This document shows, in pieces, positions 1 to 10,176 of a stretch of DNA of 64,000 nucleotides (within the stretch, counting starts at the first letter, position 1; each line of letters opens with the position of its first letter). The DNA comes from Salisapilia sapeloensis CBS 127946 (lineage: Eukaryota; Protista; Oomycota), in the NCBI GenBank assembly GCA_023334545.1, contig JAADVB010000068.1:1-64000 (forward strand), in the 5' to 3' direction. The notes under the pieces were generated by a model. The model was given only the letters and a program-made list of their open reading frames with translations, did no database searches and was not told the origin of the DNA. The translations under genes and the position numbers were made by a program.

Positions 1-404
1 GAATAGGGTGAAAGTATTTTTAGCATTTATGCAAACGGTGGCTGCCAGCCCGATGAAACTCTTGCAGCATGAAACGATTCATGAAACAGTCCGGCTGCCA
101 TTATTCAATGTGTGTTCATCCGTGTCTGCAAGTTGGCTGCACAATGTAACTTGGCACTATCTCTTCACTACATGCGCATACAAAGATACTTGACTCTGGA
201 TACAAAAAGTATCTTTTTATGACAATATGTAGCCTTTTATTGTTAGTGTTGACTGTAGGTTTCTATTAAAAACTCCCACAAGAGTGACTGGCGTCGGGCT
301 CATGTGTGCTTATTCTTGATGAACGAGATCTTCCCAAGGGAAACACTCGCACCAATTGCGTGATACATCAATATCTCGTTGCTCCGGTTATGTCCTCCGC
401 ATAC

Positions 405-479
405 CAGCGGGGCCAAGTCTCCGCTGCTTCCAACTGATTGATTACTGTTTACCAGGGTTCTGATTGGCTCTTTGAAGAT
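405..479 (-). other. Exon-like segment encoding an aromatic amino-acid ammonia-lyase (HAL/PAL) MIO signature; orphan exon or pseudogene remnant
   Basis: cttcag | IFKEPIRTLVNSNQSVGSSGDLAPL | gtatgc; SVGSSGDLAPL versus the family motif SVGASGDLAPL. The flanking residues align poorly. Confidence 0.35.
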
Positions 480-584
480 CTGAAGTTCAAGGAAAATGAT
501 CAGATTTACAGTGCGCATACCACTTTAAGTCAAGTCGACTACTCTCAGTACAAATTCTGCCACCAAGATACTTGATCTGCATCA

Positions 585-2051
585 ATGCTCCGCACCATCC
601 CAAGGTAGTTTCTCCCTCACTCCACTCTTCTACTTCCTTTTACTGGAAATTGAAACTCACATTGTGATTAGCCAAACTTTGAAACGATGCGCGTCGCGTG
701 CGTTTTCTAACTCTGCACGATCCCATTACGATGTCGTCATTGCCGGTGGAGGTGTCATGGGCGCCTCCACGGCCTACCATATCGCCTCCACCTCCAACCT
801 CTCCGTTGCAGTCATCGAAAGAGACACGACAGTATGTCTTATCGATTATACTAGTACTAAACCAATGCTCACGTATGCTCTCTTCATCAGTACAAGCATG
901 CTTCGGCCATGCTTTCATGCGGTGGAATCCGATACCAGTTCTCGCAGAAAGAGAATGTGCTCATGAGTATGTACGGCATGGAATTCCTTCGCGATATGCC
1001 GACTCGACTCGCCATCGACGACAAGACCGAGGTCCCGGATGTTCAATTTCATGAAGGCGGATACCTCGTCACGGCAGATGACGAAAGCGAAAAGTTTTTG
1101 AAAGAAGACTACGACATGCAAAAGTAACACTTGTACTTAGCTCCACCCAAACACTATTCATAATCATGTACTAGGTCACTCGGAGCACATGTGGCATACA
1201 TGACCCCTTCCGAGCTCCAGGAAACATTCCCGTGGATGTCGCAGGAAGGACTGTCTGCCGGTGTACTAGGCCTCAAGAACGAAGGGTGGTTCGACCCATG
1301 GTCTCTCCTGTCTGCCATGAGAAAGAAGAGCGTGTCGCTCGGCGTCGACTTTATCAATGGCGACGTCCAAGGCTTCGACCTAGATGCTTCCAACTACATC
1401 CAACAAGTACGCGTTGCAACTCCCGCTGGGGAGATCCAGTTGGCAGTAGACAACGTTGTGAATGCTGCAGGAGCATGGTGTGGCAAGCTCATGGAGGCAT
1501 GTGGCATCCACGATTATCCTGTCAAGCCACGGAAACGCAGCGTCTTTAGCTTCCACTGTCCACATCTAGAAGTCTGGTCGGGAAAGACCCCAACGCCACT
1601 ATTTGTAGAGCCCAGTGGCGTCTACTTCCGACCTGACAGTTCTCCTGGCCAGTTCATGTGTGGCTGGTCGCCACTTCCTGAAGACGATGTCGATGGAGAA
1701 TCCAACGATGATCTAAACTACCCTGAGCACCACTACTTTGAAGACATGATCTGGCCGACGATAGCCCAGCGAGTGCCGGCATTCGAAGAGATCAAGATGA
1801 TTGGTGCATGGGCTGGATTCTATGACTTTAACACATACGACCAGAACGCAATCATCGACATCCATCCTGAGCTGCCGAACATGTACCTCATCAATGGCTT
1901 TAGCGGCCACGGTTTGCAGCAGTCTCCCGCAGCTGGAAGAGCCATTGCCGAGCTCTTGACGCACGGGGAGTTCCAGACGATCGATCTGTCTTGCTTCCAA
2001 TACAAACGCGTGCTGGAACAGTCTGGTACGAAGGAACGAGGGATTGTGTAG
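585..2051 (+). CDS. FOXRED1: FAD-dependent oxidoreductase, FOXRED1 / sarcosine oxidase (DAO) family; 4 exons (585-604, 672-831, 891-1123, 1175-2051)
   Basis: Rossmann motif DVVIAGGGVMGASTAYH..ERD, then ASAMLSCGGIRYQFS, YDQNAIID, NGFSGHGLQQSPAAGRAIAE. GT-AG introns at 605-671, 832-890 and 1124-1174 join the ORF-track pieces in frame. The Arg/Ser-rich N-terminus looks like a mitochondrial presequence. Confidence 0.88.
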
Positions 2052-2068
2052 AGATCAAGTAGCTACGT

Positions 2069-3223
2069 CTAGACTTTGCTGTTGAATTGATCGAGTCTTT
2101 TCCCGATAGATGCAACGATGCTTTTGTACTGCTTTACTTCTCGTTCTCGAAGAGACATGAGCTCTCGTATCCTCCTTCGCTGGACTTCATACTTTTCAGT
2201 CTCAATGCGTTTGATCTCATCTACTTCATTCGTCTTGTTGCTAGCGATGGCAGACAAGCGATTACGTTCATCCAGAACGTCTGCCATCTTGGTTTTCAAT
2301 GCCATACTCTCTTCCGTCTGCTCTTCAAGCTTGAGATGGCATTGGCGTAGAGCTGCCTTTGCAAGACGCTGTTCCTTTCGAAGAGATGCCTCTCGATGCT
2401 CTGCCATCTCACACTTGTGTCGTAGCTCTTGGATCTTGGACGTTAGTTTCTGTTCCTTCGCTTCTGAGCTTGCTTTTAGCTTCTGATACTTTTCATTCTG
2501 TTTGCTTAAAGACGTCCCGTGCGCTTGTGTGATGTCAGTTAGCTGCTTATTAGCTGCTTGTTTCGATTCTTCGAGAGAGGTAACGAGAGATTCGAGTTCC
2601 TGTACCTTTGCTTCGAGGGTTTCTTTATTTTCGTCCTGTTTTGATTGGGATGACTTTACTGTATCTAGTTGCTGCTGCAAGGCTTCGAGCTGGGACTTGT
2701 GGTCGGAGCTAAGTCTCGTCCAGAGTTCACGCAGTCGATGAGCATCGTTCTGTGTCGTACGAAGAAGCTCATCTTGCGTGCTTGATAGAACCTGTATCTG
2801 ATGTTTAGCTGTTTGCAATTCAGACTGAGCAATATCGCGCTTCTCACGTTCTTTTGCTGCTCTTAATTCTACTTTATCGACTTGGTCTTGCAATAATTCG
2901 ATCTGTTCTTGTGCTTTTTGGTATGAGGTTTCAAGAGACTCATGCTTCGTTCGTTCTTCCTGTAGTTGACGATCTAATCTATCGATTTTGGACTGTAATT
3001 GCTGATTGGAAGAATGCACTTGCTGCTGCGTCCGAAGCAGCTCTACCTCCCTTTGCCTCAGCTGCTGTTCGAACGAGTCTTTCTGATCACGTTCATACTG
3101 TAGCTCCTGGGATAAAGTATCTGCGTCTGCCTGCACACGTTCCTTTTCATCCTGTATATCACGCACGAGCTTTTGAAGTGATTCGATAGAAGTAGGAAGT
3201 GATGAAGAGGTCTGATCATCCAT
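2069..3223 (-). CDS. Long coiled-coil protein of unknown function (384 aa, single exon)
   Basis: Uninterrupted ATG-started ORF, Q/E/K/L-rich with heptad character throughout; no catalytic motif recognised. Confidence 0.75.
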   Translation of the reverse strand: MDDQTSSSLPTSIESLQKLVRDIQDEKERVQADADTLSQELQYERDQKDSFEQQLRQREVELLRTQQQVHSSNQQLQSKIDRLDRQLQEERTKHESLETSYQKAQEQIELLQDQVDKVELRAAKEREKRDIAQSELQTAKHQIQVLSSTQDELLRTTQNDAHRLRELWTRLSSDHKSQLEALQQQLDTVKSSQSKQDENKETLEAKVQELESLVTSLEESKQAANKQLTDITQAHGTSLSKQNEKYQKLKASSEAKEQKLTSKIQELRHKCEMAEHREASLRKEQRLAKAALRQCHLKLEEQTEESMALKTKMADVLDERNRLSAIASNKTNEVDEIKRIETEKYEVQRRRIRELMSLREREVKQYKSIVASIGKRLDQFNSKV

Positions 3224-3323
3224 TTTCGCGCGAAATTCGAATTGATGTCCATCGTAATTTTATAGGACACCCGCGAATAAAACGTATTATTTCAAACACA
3301 ATCATTAAAAGTCGTTTGGAAGC

Positions 3324-6085
3324 ATGGCAGGAAGACGTCAAAGGGTACTCCATCTTCCATCTACTTTCATGAGCACATATGTCATTTTTATTGTATTTCT
3401 ATTTAGAAAATGGAACAGCTTCGGCTGGAAGAAGAAGCTCGAAGGAGACAGCAAGAGCTTGAGTGGGAGCAAGAGCAGGAGCGATTGCGGATCGAGGCTG
3501 GTAGGATTCTGTATTTATCTTTCGCTCCATGTTACCATTCGATTGCATCTAACTCGTACATGAAATCTTGATGCAATAAACAGATAAATTGGCAGAAGAG
3601 GAACGGAGAAGGCAGGCATTGCAAAGGCTGCGTGAGGAGAGGGAAGCTGAAGAGAGACGAGTCGCCGGTTTGGAAGCAGCGGAGAGAGAAACAATTCAAA
3701 GTATTGAAGAGAGTTTACGAGATGTTGGAGCATTTTGCACGAACCAAGTTTCATTTATAAAGGACATCAGTCCGATGTGTATTGAAGTGGCCAATCCAGC
3801 AGTCATAGACACTTCGATTGGCATTGAGTCGACAGTAGTGCTCATCGCCACTTCCGACGGGTGTCTTTGCGTTTACAGTCTTAGAAGTGATCTATGCTTA
3901 CTAAGGGCTCGTTTAAGGCTGCAACGACCCTGTGCAATGGTACCAATCAGCTCTCCATCCTCCTCCTTTGAAACTTCCTACTCACTTAGATGCTATGGAT
4001 AGTAGCGGTTGTCGAGATCAGGTCTCCTCCTGAGTAAGACTGGTCACTTATAAATTTTGTACCTCCAAATACTTACTAGTGGATATTTCTCTTAGTCCTA
4101 GACAGAGGGAAAGCAAATGCACGAGCTCAGCTAGTGGTCGTAGATGTCTATAAACTGTTTTCTCTTTTAGACGAATGCGTAGGTATTGAAAGAGAGGCCC
4201 AAGAAACTATTCTACGTTCTTTTTCTGGTATATGTGAAGAGGATTGTTCAAAGTGGTTTGAAGAGCCTGTTGGAATCGCTTTGGACCCAATAGGAAGTGA
4301 ACTCTATTTGGTAGATAACGCGAATCATCGTGTTCAAGTCTTTGGATTTAGCTCGAAAGAGCAAGTGCAGCTAACGTACATAAGATCAGTTGGATCCAAA
4401 GGTCATGACAGTGGACACCTTCTGTGTCCTCGAGGAATCACAGTCTCACTCTGTCATATCATTGTCTGTGATACTGGACACAGTCGTTTAGCAGTGTACA
4501 CGAAGCAAGGCAAGTTTGTGCGCACTTTTGGAGGCAAGGATTCATACAATGACATAAGAGACGTTCTCATTCTTTCTAACCGCAAGGTATATTGCTTCGA
4601 CTAGTATTCTTGCGCGCTGGAACTATTTTCTTACAGATATCATAGGCGGCATTGACGAGAGGCGTTCTACCGGAAGGAAATGCTATCACAAATGAAGTTT
4701 TCGAACTTGCTCTCGCAGATCTAGGCAATGTCCGTGTACAGATACTGAATGAAAAAGGAGAAATGCTTTATCAACTATCGCTCTTGCCACCTGTGGAGAG
4801 TGCTGTGCGGCACTTTCGACAACGACAAGTGCACACATACGCCAATATTGCTCGATTGTATGCCAAGATAGGGAAACCAATACCAGACATGACAAGAGTG
4901 AAAAATAAGGAGTTGTATCAACTAGCAAATACAATACATCCTTCGTCGCAAATGTATGCCGACTTGATGAAAGCTCATGAAGAGTGGAGGTTGGCTAGAT
5001 CTCTTGTGCACCATCCAGAAGCACTTGCTTATGATTTAACATCACAAGAAGTTCTTGCAGTCGATCGATGCAACACTAAAGTATACAACTATAGCAAGTC
5101 AAATGCCAGTCCCAAGTGGATGCATCTCGCCAACCTGTCAAGTATCCATAGTTGTGCATTAGTACAACTTCATGAGGAAGGAAGCGAAACAATTGCCAGG
5201 ATGTATGTCAGTGACCCGACTTCCCATCGTATTGCTGCCTATGATGCGGATAGCGGACGATTTGTAAGCTACATCGGAGCGTCGTCATATGGAGCTGAGG
5301 AGAAATGCTCGAAAGGATTCTTGCCAGGGGAGCTCCATGCACCATCATTTCTAACGACGTATAGAAGACTAGATGATGAGACGAATGAAGTTTTCACCAT
5401 GATCGTTGTAAGCGACACTGGAAATCATCGCATCGCCATCTTTAATGCAATCACAGGAGCTTACTACTCGAGCATTGGCGATGGCTATGGTCAACTCGAT
5501 GGTAGTTTTGATTCTCCTCAAGGTATTGCAGTCTTTGAAGACACAATGCTGTATGTTTGTGACCAACGAAACCATCGTGTCCAAGTCTTTGACCTCACGA
5601 CGTTGATATTCCAATTCTCATTTGGACATTTGGGAAACGATCAAAGTAGCTTAAACTTCCCCACCGGCATCGATACCTGTAACGCACTCCCACAAAGCTC
5701 AGGCTGCAACTTTGGACCGTACCGAGACGTCAAGATCGCCGTAGCAGACACCGGTAACAACCGTATCCAGGTCTTCGACTTGCGAGGCTCACCCATCCTA
5801 TCCATCGATTCGAGTCGCATCGCTTTTGAGATGCCTATGGCTCCTCTTAGCATCGCACTCGAACGTCGGAGTGGATACATCCTCGCGAGCGACGTAGCCA
5901 ACCGCTGCATCCTCATCTTCCGCAGCGATGGTACATTCTTAAACGCCTTTGGAAACCGTGGCGAAGCGGAAGATCAACTCATGAGACCGATATGTATCCT
6001 CCTATCGAATGCAAACATCCTCATTGTCGACAGTAGCTACAACGATGTAAGTATCTACCCGATATCCATTGGAAAACGCAAGTAA
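3324..6085 (+). CDS. NHL-repeat beta-propeller protein with N-terminal charged coiled-coil; multi-exon, 5' exon structure uncertain
   Basis: Repeated NHL units: PVGIALDPIGSELYLVDNANHRVQVF, PRGITVSLCHIIVCDTGHSRLAVY, FDSPQGIAVFEDTMLYVCDQRNHRVQVF, LNFPTGI..VADTGNNRIQVF. The frame changes between ORFs 3589, 4134 and 4652 coincide with GT..AG segments. Confidence 0.8.
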
Positions 6086-6123
6086 AGCTGTATTCATTCC
6101 ATTCCTATCGACACGACATGCCT

Positions 6124-9100
6124 TCATCCACGTCTCTTCGCCAGCGCCGCCGCAAGCTCACTGTTCGCGCCACCCACCATCGTCTCCTTCTTCTCCCCTG
6201 CATGCAAATTCTCTCCGAACTTCCGCGCATGTTCCATCCCGCTCTTTCCAGCCTTGCGTCCACCCGCTTTCCTCGCCTCTCGCTCGGCCTGCTTCTTGGC
6301 TTTCTTCTCCGCCACGCGTTTCAATCGTTCTTTCTCCCGCTGTTTATCCCTTTCCGCCTGCCGCTGAGCTCTCAACGCCATTTCCTCTTCCTTCTGCTTC
6401 TCCATCTTCTTCCGTCGAGCCTTCTCGCGCTTCCGACGCTTGCGAAGGTACTCTTCCGGCACACCGTCCTCACACGTGACCACGACCTTGGACGTCGTAC
6501 CGGATATACCTGCTGCTTGTCCACGTTGGAACTCGATGGCTTGAGATGGCGACCGACGTAACTCTTCCTTTGGCGCAACACGTAGCTGCACCTTGTTCTG
6601 GAACTCGATCGATAGACGAGATTGATTCAAACTACGTAACGCATCCACTAGTGTCACAGCAATCTCTGTCTTCTTTTCAGACGATAGAAGCTGATCTTCC
6701 GGCATTTCCGTCGAGAAGAAACCAATCGTCTCTTCAAAGACACGAGAAGGTGTATAGAACCCTCGATCTGGAACGTACTCTAGGTGCTTACATACTTCAT
6801 GACAATAAATCTTCCCAGAGTATCGACAATGATGTCGACGATTAAAAAGACCAAACTTCTTCCCTGTAGACATACACACAAGTGTCTGCTTATCATCCAT
6901 CCAGTGCGATTTATCCGGCTGAGTCAAAGGAGGAGACTGCTTCACGCGTAAGATCAGGTATGGATCTGCATGTGTGCTCATGACGACTTGTTCTATCTGA
7001 TCTAGAGACAAACGACGTCGTAGATAGACCATCGGGGGTGCCCACGCTCGTTTCGGATCCGTCTCGACTTCCCATGTCCGTTGCTCCATTAAGTACACGT
7101 GTGTATCCGAAATTAAGAGCACTCTCTTTTCCACCTCCACCTCCGTCGAGACCGACACGACTTTATCCACCACATCCAAGAAACGAATCTTCTTTTTATC
7201 CTGATGATGCTCTAAAATTTTCATCACCTCCGCTCGTACATCTTCTCCCAAGACATAATCCGAATCAAATGGACGATAGATACTCACGCGCTGTCGTTGC
7301 TTACTACTATTCGCATACAATTTCGTAATATCATGACTTAATTGGAGTAAATGTCGACGTCCGGAATACTTTTTCCAAGCTCTTTGGATCCTTTCGACAA
7401 AAGACGCGACTTTCTTTTCACGTAATTTTTCCAACGCAAAGAACGTTTCCGGTGTTTGGATAAACACCATCGTCTGTCCAAACTGTGTCTCACTTTCAAG
7501 ATGACTCAACTCTTTACTCGCAGCTTTTAAAATCGCCTGTGCTCCTTTCTTATCGGTGCCTTTGAACTCTGGGTATGTCGCTCGAGATAAGAGACGGAAG
7601 CGATCGACAAAACGACCATAGTCACCTCGATAAGCATACCCAGCTCGTCGAACCTTGACGTTTTCGAGTAAACCGAGGTACTTGATCTGATGCTGCACAC
7701 GCTTATCATCAATACGATTCGGTTGCTTCTGATCATTCGACTTTAATGTCCGGACGTAATGAGGTGTACAGTCGAGAAGTTTATCTACGAGCACTTGGCA
7801 CTGCGTTCGGATCTTTAACGCTGCTGTTTGTGGTAATCGTCGATCATTCAAGTCGACTTCTTCGGGAAAAATGTACTTGAGTAATTTATTCGAACTGTCG
7901 CCAATGATCACTGCAATGTCTTTCGATAAAAAGTCGCGATTCGCATCCCCAAAGCCTTCGATACTATACGACACATCACCAGCGTAATGTTGGATCGTAA
8001 ACGTCTTCCCACGTTTCGAAAAGTGTGCATGCTGTTGATGTATACTCGCAGCTTTTTCCAAGAAACTCGCATCGACAGCATCTCCCTGTCGCGAATGCAT
8101 CGTCTTACTCGTATCATCTAGTATGAGAAAAAGACCTGGTGCAGGTTTCTTCGCCTCGATTAAATCACAGACGACAGCGTTATTAAAGAATGGGATAGGT
8201 GTCCAAGCGATCCCTTCTCGCTTATACTCGTCCTGTTCACTCTCGAGCGTCAAGCGAATAAAGATCTGTTGTAGCTTTTCATTCACATAATTGATGCAAA
8301 ACTGTTCAAAGCCGTTCTGATCAAAGATTTCAAAGCCATAGATATCCAGAATACCGACACTAGTCAAGTCTTCCGATCGGACGGAATGACCATGACGTTC
8401 CGCTTGCTTCTCAATATCTAACGCTTTGTTCACTCGAGCGACGAGAAAGTCAAACAGACGATCGTAAATGTTCTTTGCGATCGAATCACGTTGCGCTGCT
8501 GCTTGACTCGGATTTTGAGGCACTTCGTAGCTCTCGATCGTGCCGCCTGGTGCCATCGTCTGAAGAAGTTTAAAGCACAAGGAGTGTTCTAACCGATCTG
8601 CGTCGAGTCCTAAGAGTTCACAAGCAATGTCGAGGGATTCTCGATGTTGTAGACGACAGCCTTCACTATCTCCTTTGCTTTCATCTTCAAATTGGACGTT
8701 TCCGAGGTGTAAGATCCCTGCTAAGGCTTGAAATACGAGCTCAATCTGCTTCTTCTTCACACCTACATGCTGCATCGCTTGCATCGTCTCGGTAAACTCC
8801 GATGCGTCGTCTACACCATCGACATGATACGATCCGCTACTAGCTAAATATGCAAAATCCTTTGGCTTGGTCTTGTCTAGATGCCATTTTGTTCGAACGG
8901 AGGATGGTAATCCAGCGAGAATCTGATAAAAGATATGAAAGTTCCTTTCGCCACGACTCGGACGTACGACGCGACTCTTTTCCAAGAGATAATTCGATAC
9001 TTGGCCACCTTGTGGTCTCCCAGCAGAGTCGAAAAGCATCTCGAAGTACTTTCCAAAGCGACTGCTGTTGTTATTTCGTAGCGTCTTGGCGTTCCCGAAT

Positions 9101-9528
9101 GCTTCCAAGAGCGGGTTGCTCTCGAGAAACGTTCGTTTCACTCGATCGACACCAGCGCCACTCCCGCTCACAGCTGCAATGTAGTTCTGGATCTGCTTAG
9201 ATGCCTCCGTTTTACCAGCACCAGATTCACCACTAATGATAACGCACTGATTATCTTCTTCCGATAGCATCGTCCGATACGCTTCTTCCGCCGTCGCGAA
9301 GACGTGAGGAGGTACGTCGATACGAGCTTTATGAGCGTACTGACGCATCGTTGACTCACCATATATATCCAACCACTTGTACGGGTTCACGACGACAAGG
9401 ACATGACCAATGTAGCAATAGATGATGTCAGCTGCATGTCGTAGCTTGAGGTTTTCTAAAATCGACTGCTCCGACAGTTTCGGGAGCAAAACGAGGTCAT
9501 TCACACCTACCGTCGGGACGATCTCCAT
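6124..9528 (-). CDS. MYO1: Class I myosin: motor, IQ, TH1 tail with inserted FYVE-like domain, charged helical tail; intronless
   Basis: P-loop GESGAGKTEASK, LEAFGNAKTLRNNNSSRFGKY, switch II DIYGFEIF, NYVNEKLQQ, KYLGLLENVKVRRAGY and IQ motif IQRAWKKY. The start is taken at MEIVPTVGVNDLVLL (9528), typical of myosin I with no N-terminal extension. Confidence 0.93.
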   Translation of the reverse strand: MEIVPTVGVNDLVLLPKLSEQSILENLKLRHAADIIYCYIGHVLVVVNPYKWLDIYGESTMRQYAHKARIDVPPHVFATAEEAYRTMLSEEDNQCVIISGESGAGKTEASKQIQNYIAAVSGSGAGVDRVKRTFLESNPLLEAFGNAKTLRNNNSSRFGKYFEMLFDSAGRPQGGQVSNYLLEKSRVVRPSRGERNFHIFYQILAGLPSSVRTKWHLDKTKPKDFAYLASSGSYHVDGVDDASEFTETMQAMQHVGVKKKQIELVFQALAGILHLGNVQFEDESKGDSEGCRLQHRESLDIACELLGLDADRLEHSLCFKLLQTMAPGGTIESYEVPQNPSQAAAQRDSIAKNIYDRLFDFLVARVNKALDIEKQAERHGHSVRSEDLTSVGILDIYGFEIFDQNGFEQFCINYVNEKLQQIFIRLTLESEQDEYKREGIAWTPIPFFNNAVVCDLIEAKKPAPGLFLILDDTSKTMHSRQGDAVDASFLEKAASIHQQHAHFSKRGKTFTIQHYAGDVSYSIEGFGDANRDFLSKDIAVIIGDSSNKLLKYIFPEEVDLNDRRLPQTAALKIRTQCQVLVDKLLDCTPHYVRTLKSNDQKQPNRIDDKRVQHQIKYLGLLENVKVRRAGYAYRGDYGRFVDRFRLLSRATYPEFKGTDKKGAQAILKAASKELSHLESETQFGQTMVFIQTPETFFALEKLREKKVASFVERIQRAWKKYSGRRHLLQLSHDITKLYANSSKQRQRVSIYRPFDSDYVLGEDVRAEVMKILEHHQDKKKIRFLDVVDKVVSVSTEVEVEKRVLLISDTHVYLMEQRTWEVETDPKRAWAPPMVYLRRRLSLDQIEQVVMSTHADPYLILRVKQSPPLTQPDKSHWMDDKQTLVCMSTGKKFGLFNRRHHCRYSGKIYCHEVCKHLEYVPDRGFYTPSRVFEETIGFFSTEMPEDQLLSSEKKTEIAVTLVDALRSLNQSRLSIEFQNKVQLRVAPKEELRRSPSQAIEFQRGQAAGISGTTSKVVVTCEDGVPEEYLRKRRKREKARRKKMEKQKEEEMALRAQRQAERDKQREKERLKRVAEKKAKKQAEREARKAGGRKAGKSGMEHARKFGENLHAGEKKETMVGGANSELAAALAKRRG

Positions 9529-10121
9529 GCTTTTAAAGGGTATGCAGAGCAACGAGGTGGATGTAAAGAGCAGAAAGCAAGGAAGAAGGAGGACCGAGTA
9601 CGATGCTGAGCAGACTTCCAAAAGCTTCAGAATATGAATGGACTCGTCTCATGATAGACTTGTGCTTTGTATAGTAGACAGTATTCTTGAAGTTGAGCAA
9701 CTCATGATGCTTTTGACTAGTACACTAGTACGTACGTCGATAGACAGAAGGGAGTATTGGAAGGAAAAGTTTAACATGCCAGAAAATATGGATGTTGGAG
9801 GAATGCAAGGGATAAGTGGTGGATAAACATAATTAACTATATGCACATCAGTTTACATGTCAATTGTATTCTTCTGGATGTTTTATTTTATTGTAGGGAT
9901 GTATAATTAGCAATATTTAAATTATCAAAAGCTCAAACGGCCACGGACGACACGGGAGATGGCACAAGTAGAGGTGAGAATACGCCTGGTACAGACCTTC
10001 TTATGCACACTACAAGTACTCATTCTCTCTATCAATGACATATAACAGAGCCCCGATGAGATGGACCGCCTCATGCCGCGTACAAAGTACGTTTTCGCGC
10101 CAAATTCAGAAGCGTTCAGCG

Positions 10122-10145
10122 ACTCACTTCCCATCCACTATTTTC
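10122..10145 (+). promoter_or_regulatory. Oomycete-type initiator-like motif upstream of CENP-C
   Basis: ACTCACTTCCCATCCACTATTTTC matches the TCAYTYYNCA core of the oomycete Inr/FPR consensus, about 30-50 nt before ATG 10177. Confidence 0.4.
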
Positions 10146-10176
10146 GTACCACAGAGCAGCGAGAGAACGTGCCAGT

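Noticed and set aside
182-216. 10-bp inverted repeat AAAGATACTT..AAGTATCTTT with a nested GATAC-AAAAA-GTATC hairpin
   Set aside because: Short and AT-rich, so plausible by chance in 64 kb; no associated element or target-site duplication.
6069-6561. Long plus-strand ORFs antisense to the myosin tail, and similar shadow ORFs opposite BRE1, PDE, UTP13, CBS and the KDM5-like gene
   Set aside because: They are low-complexity L/F/S/P-rich mirror translations of charged coding sequence, with no motifs; expected from codon bias.
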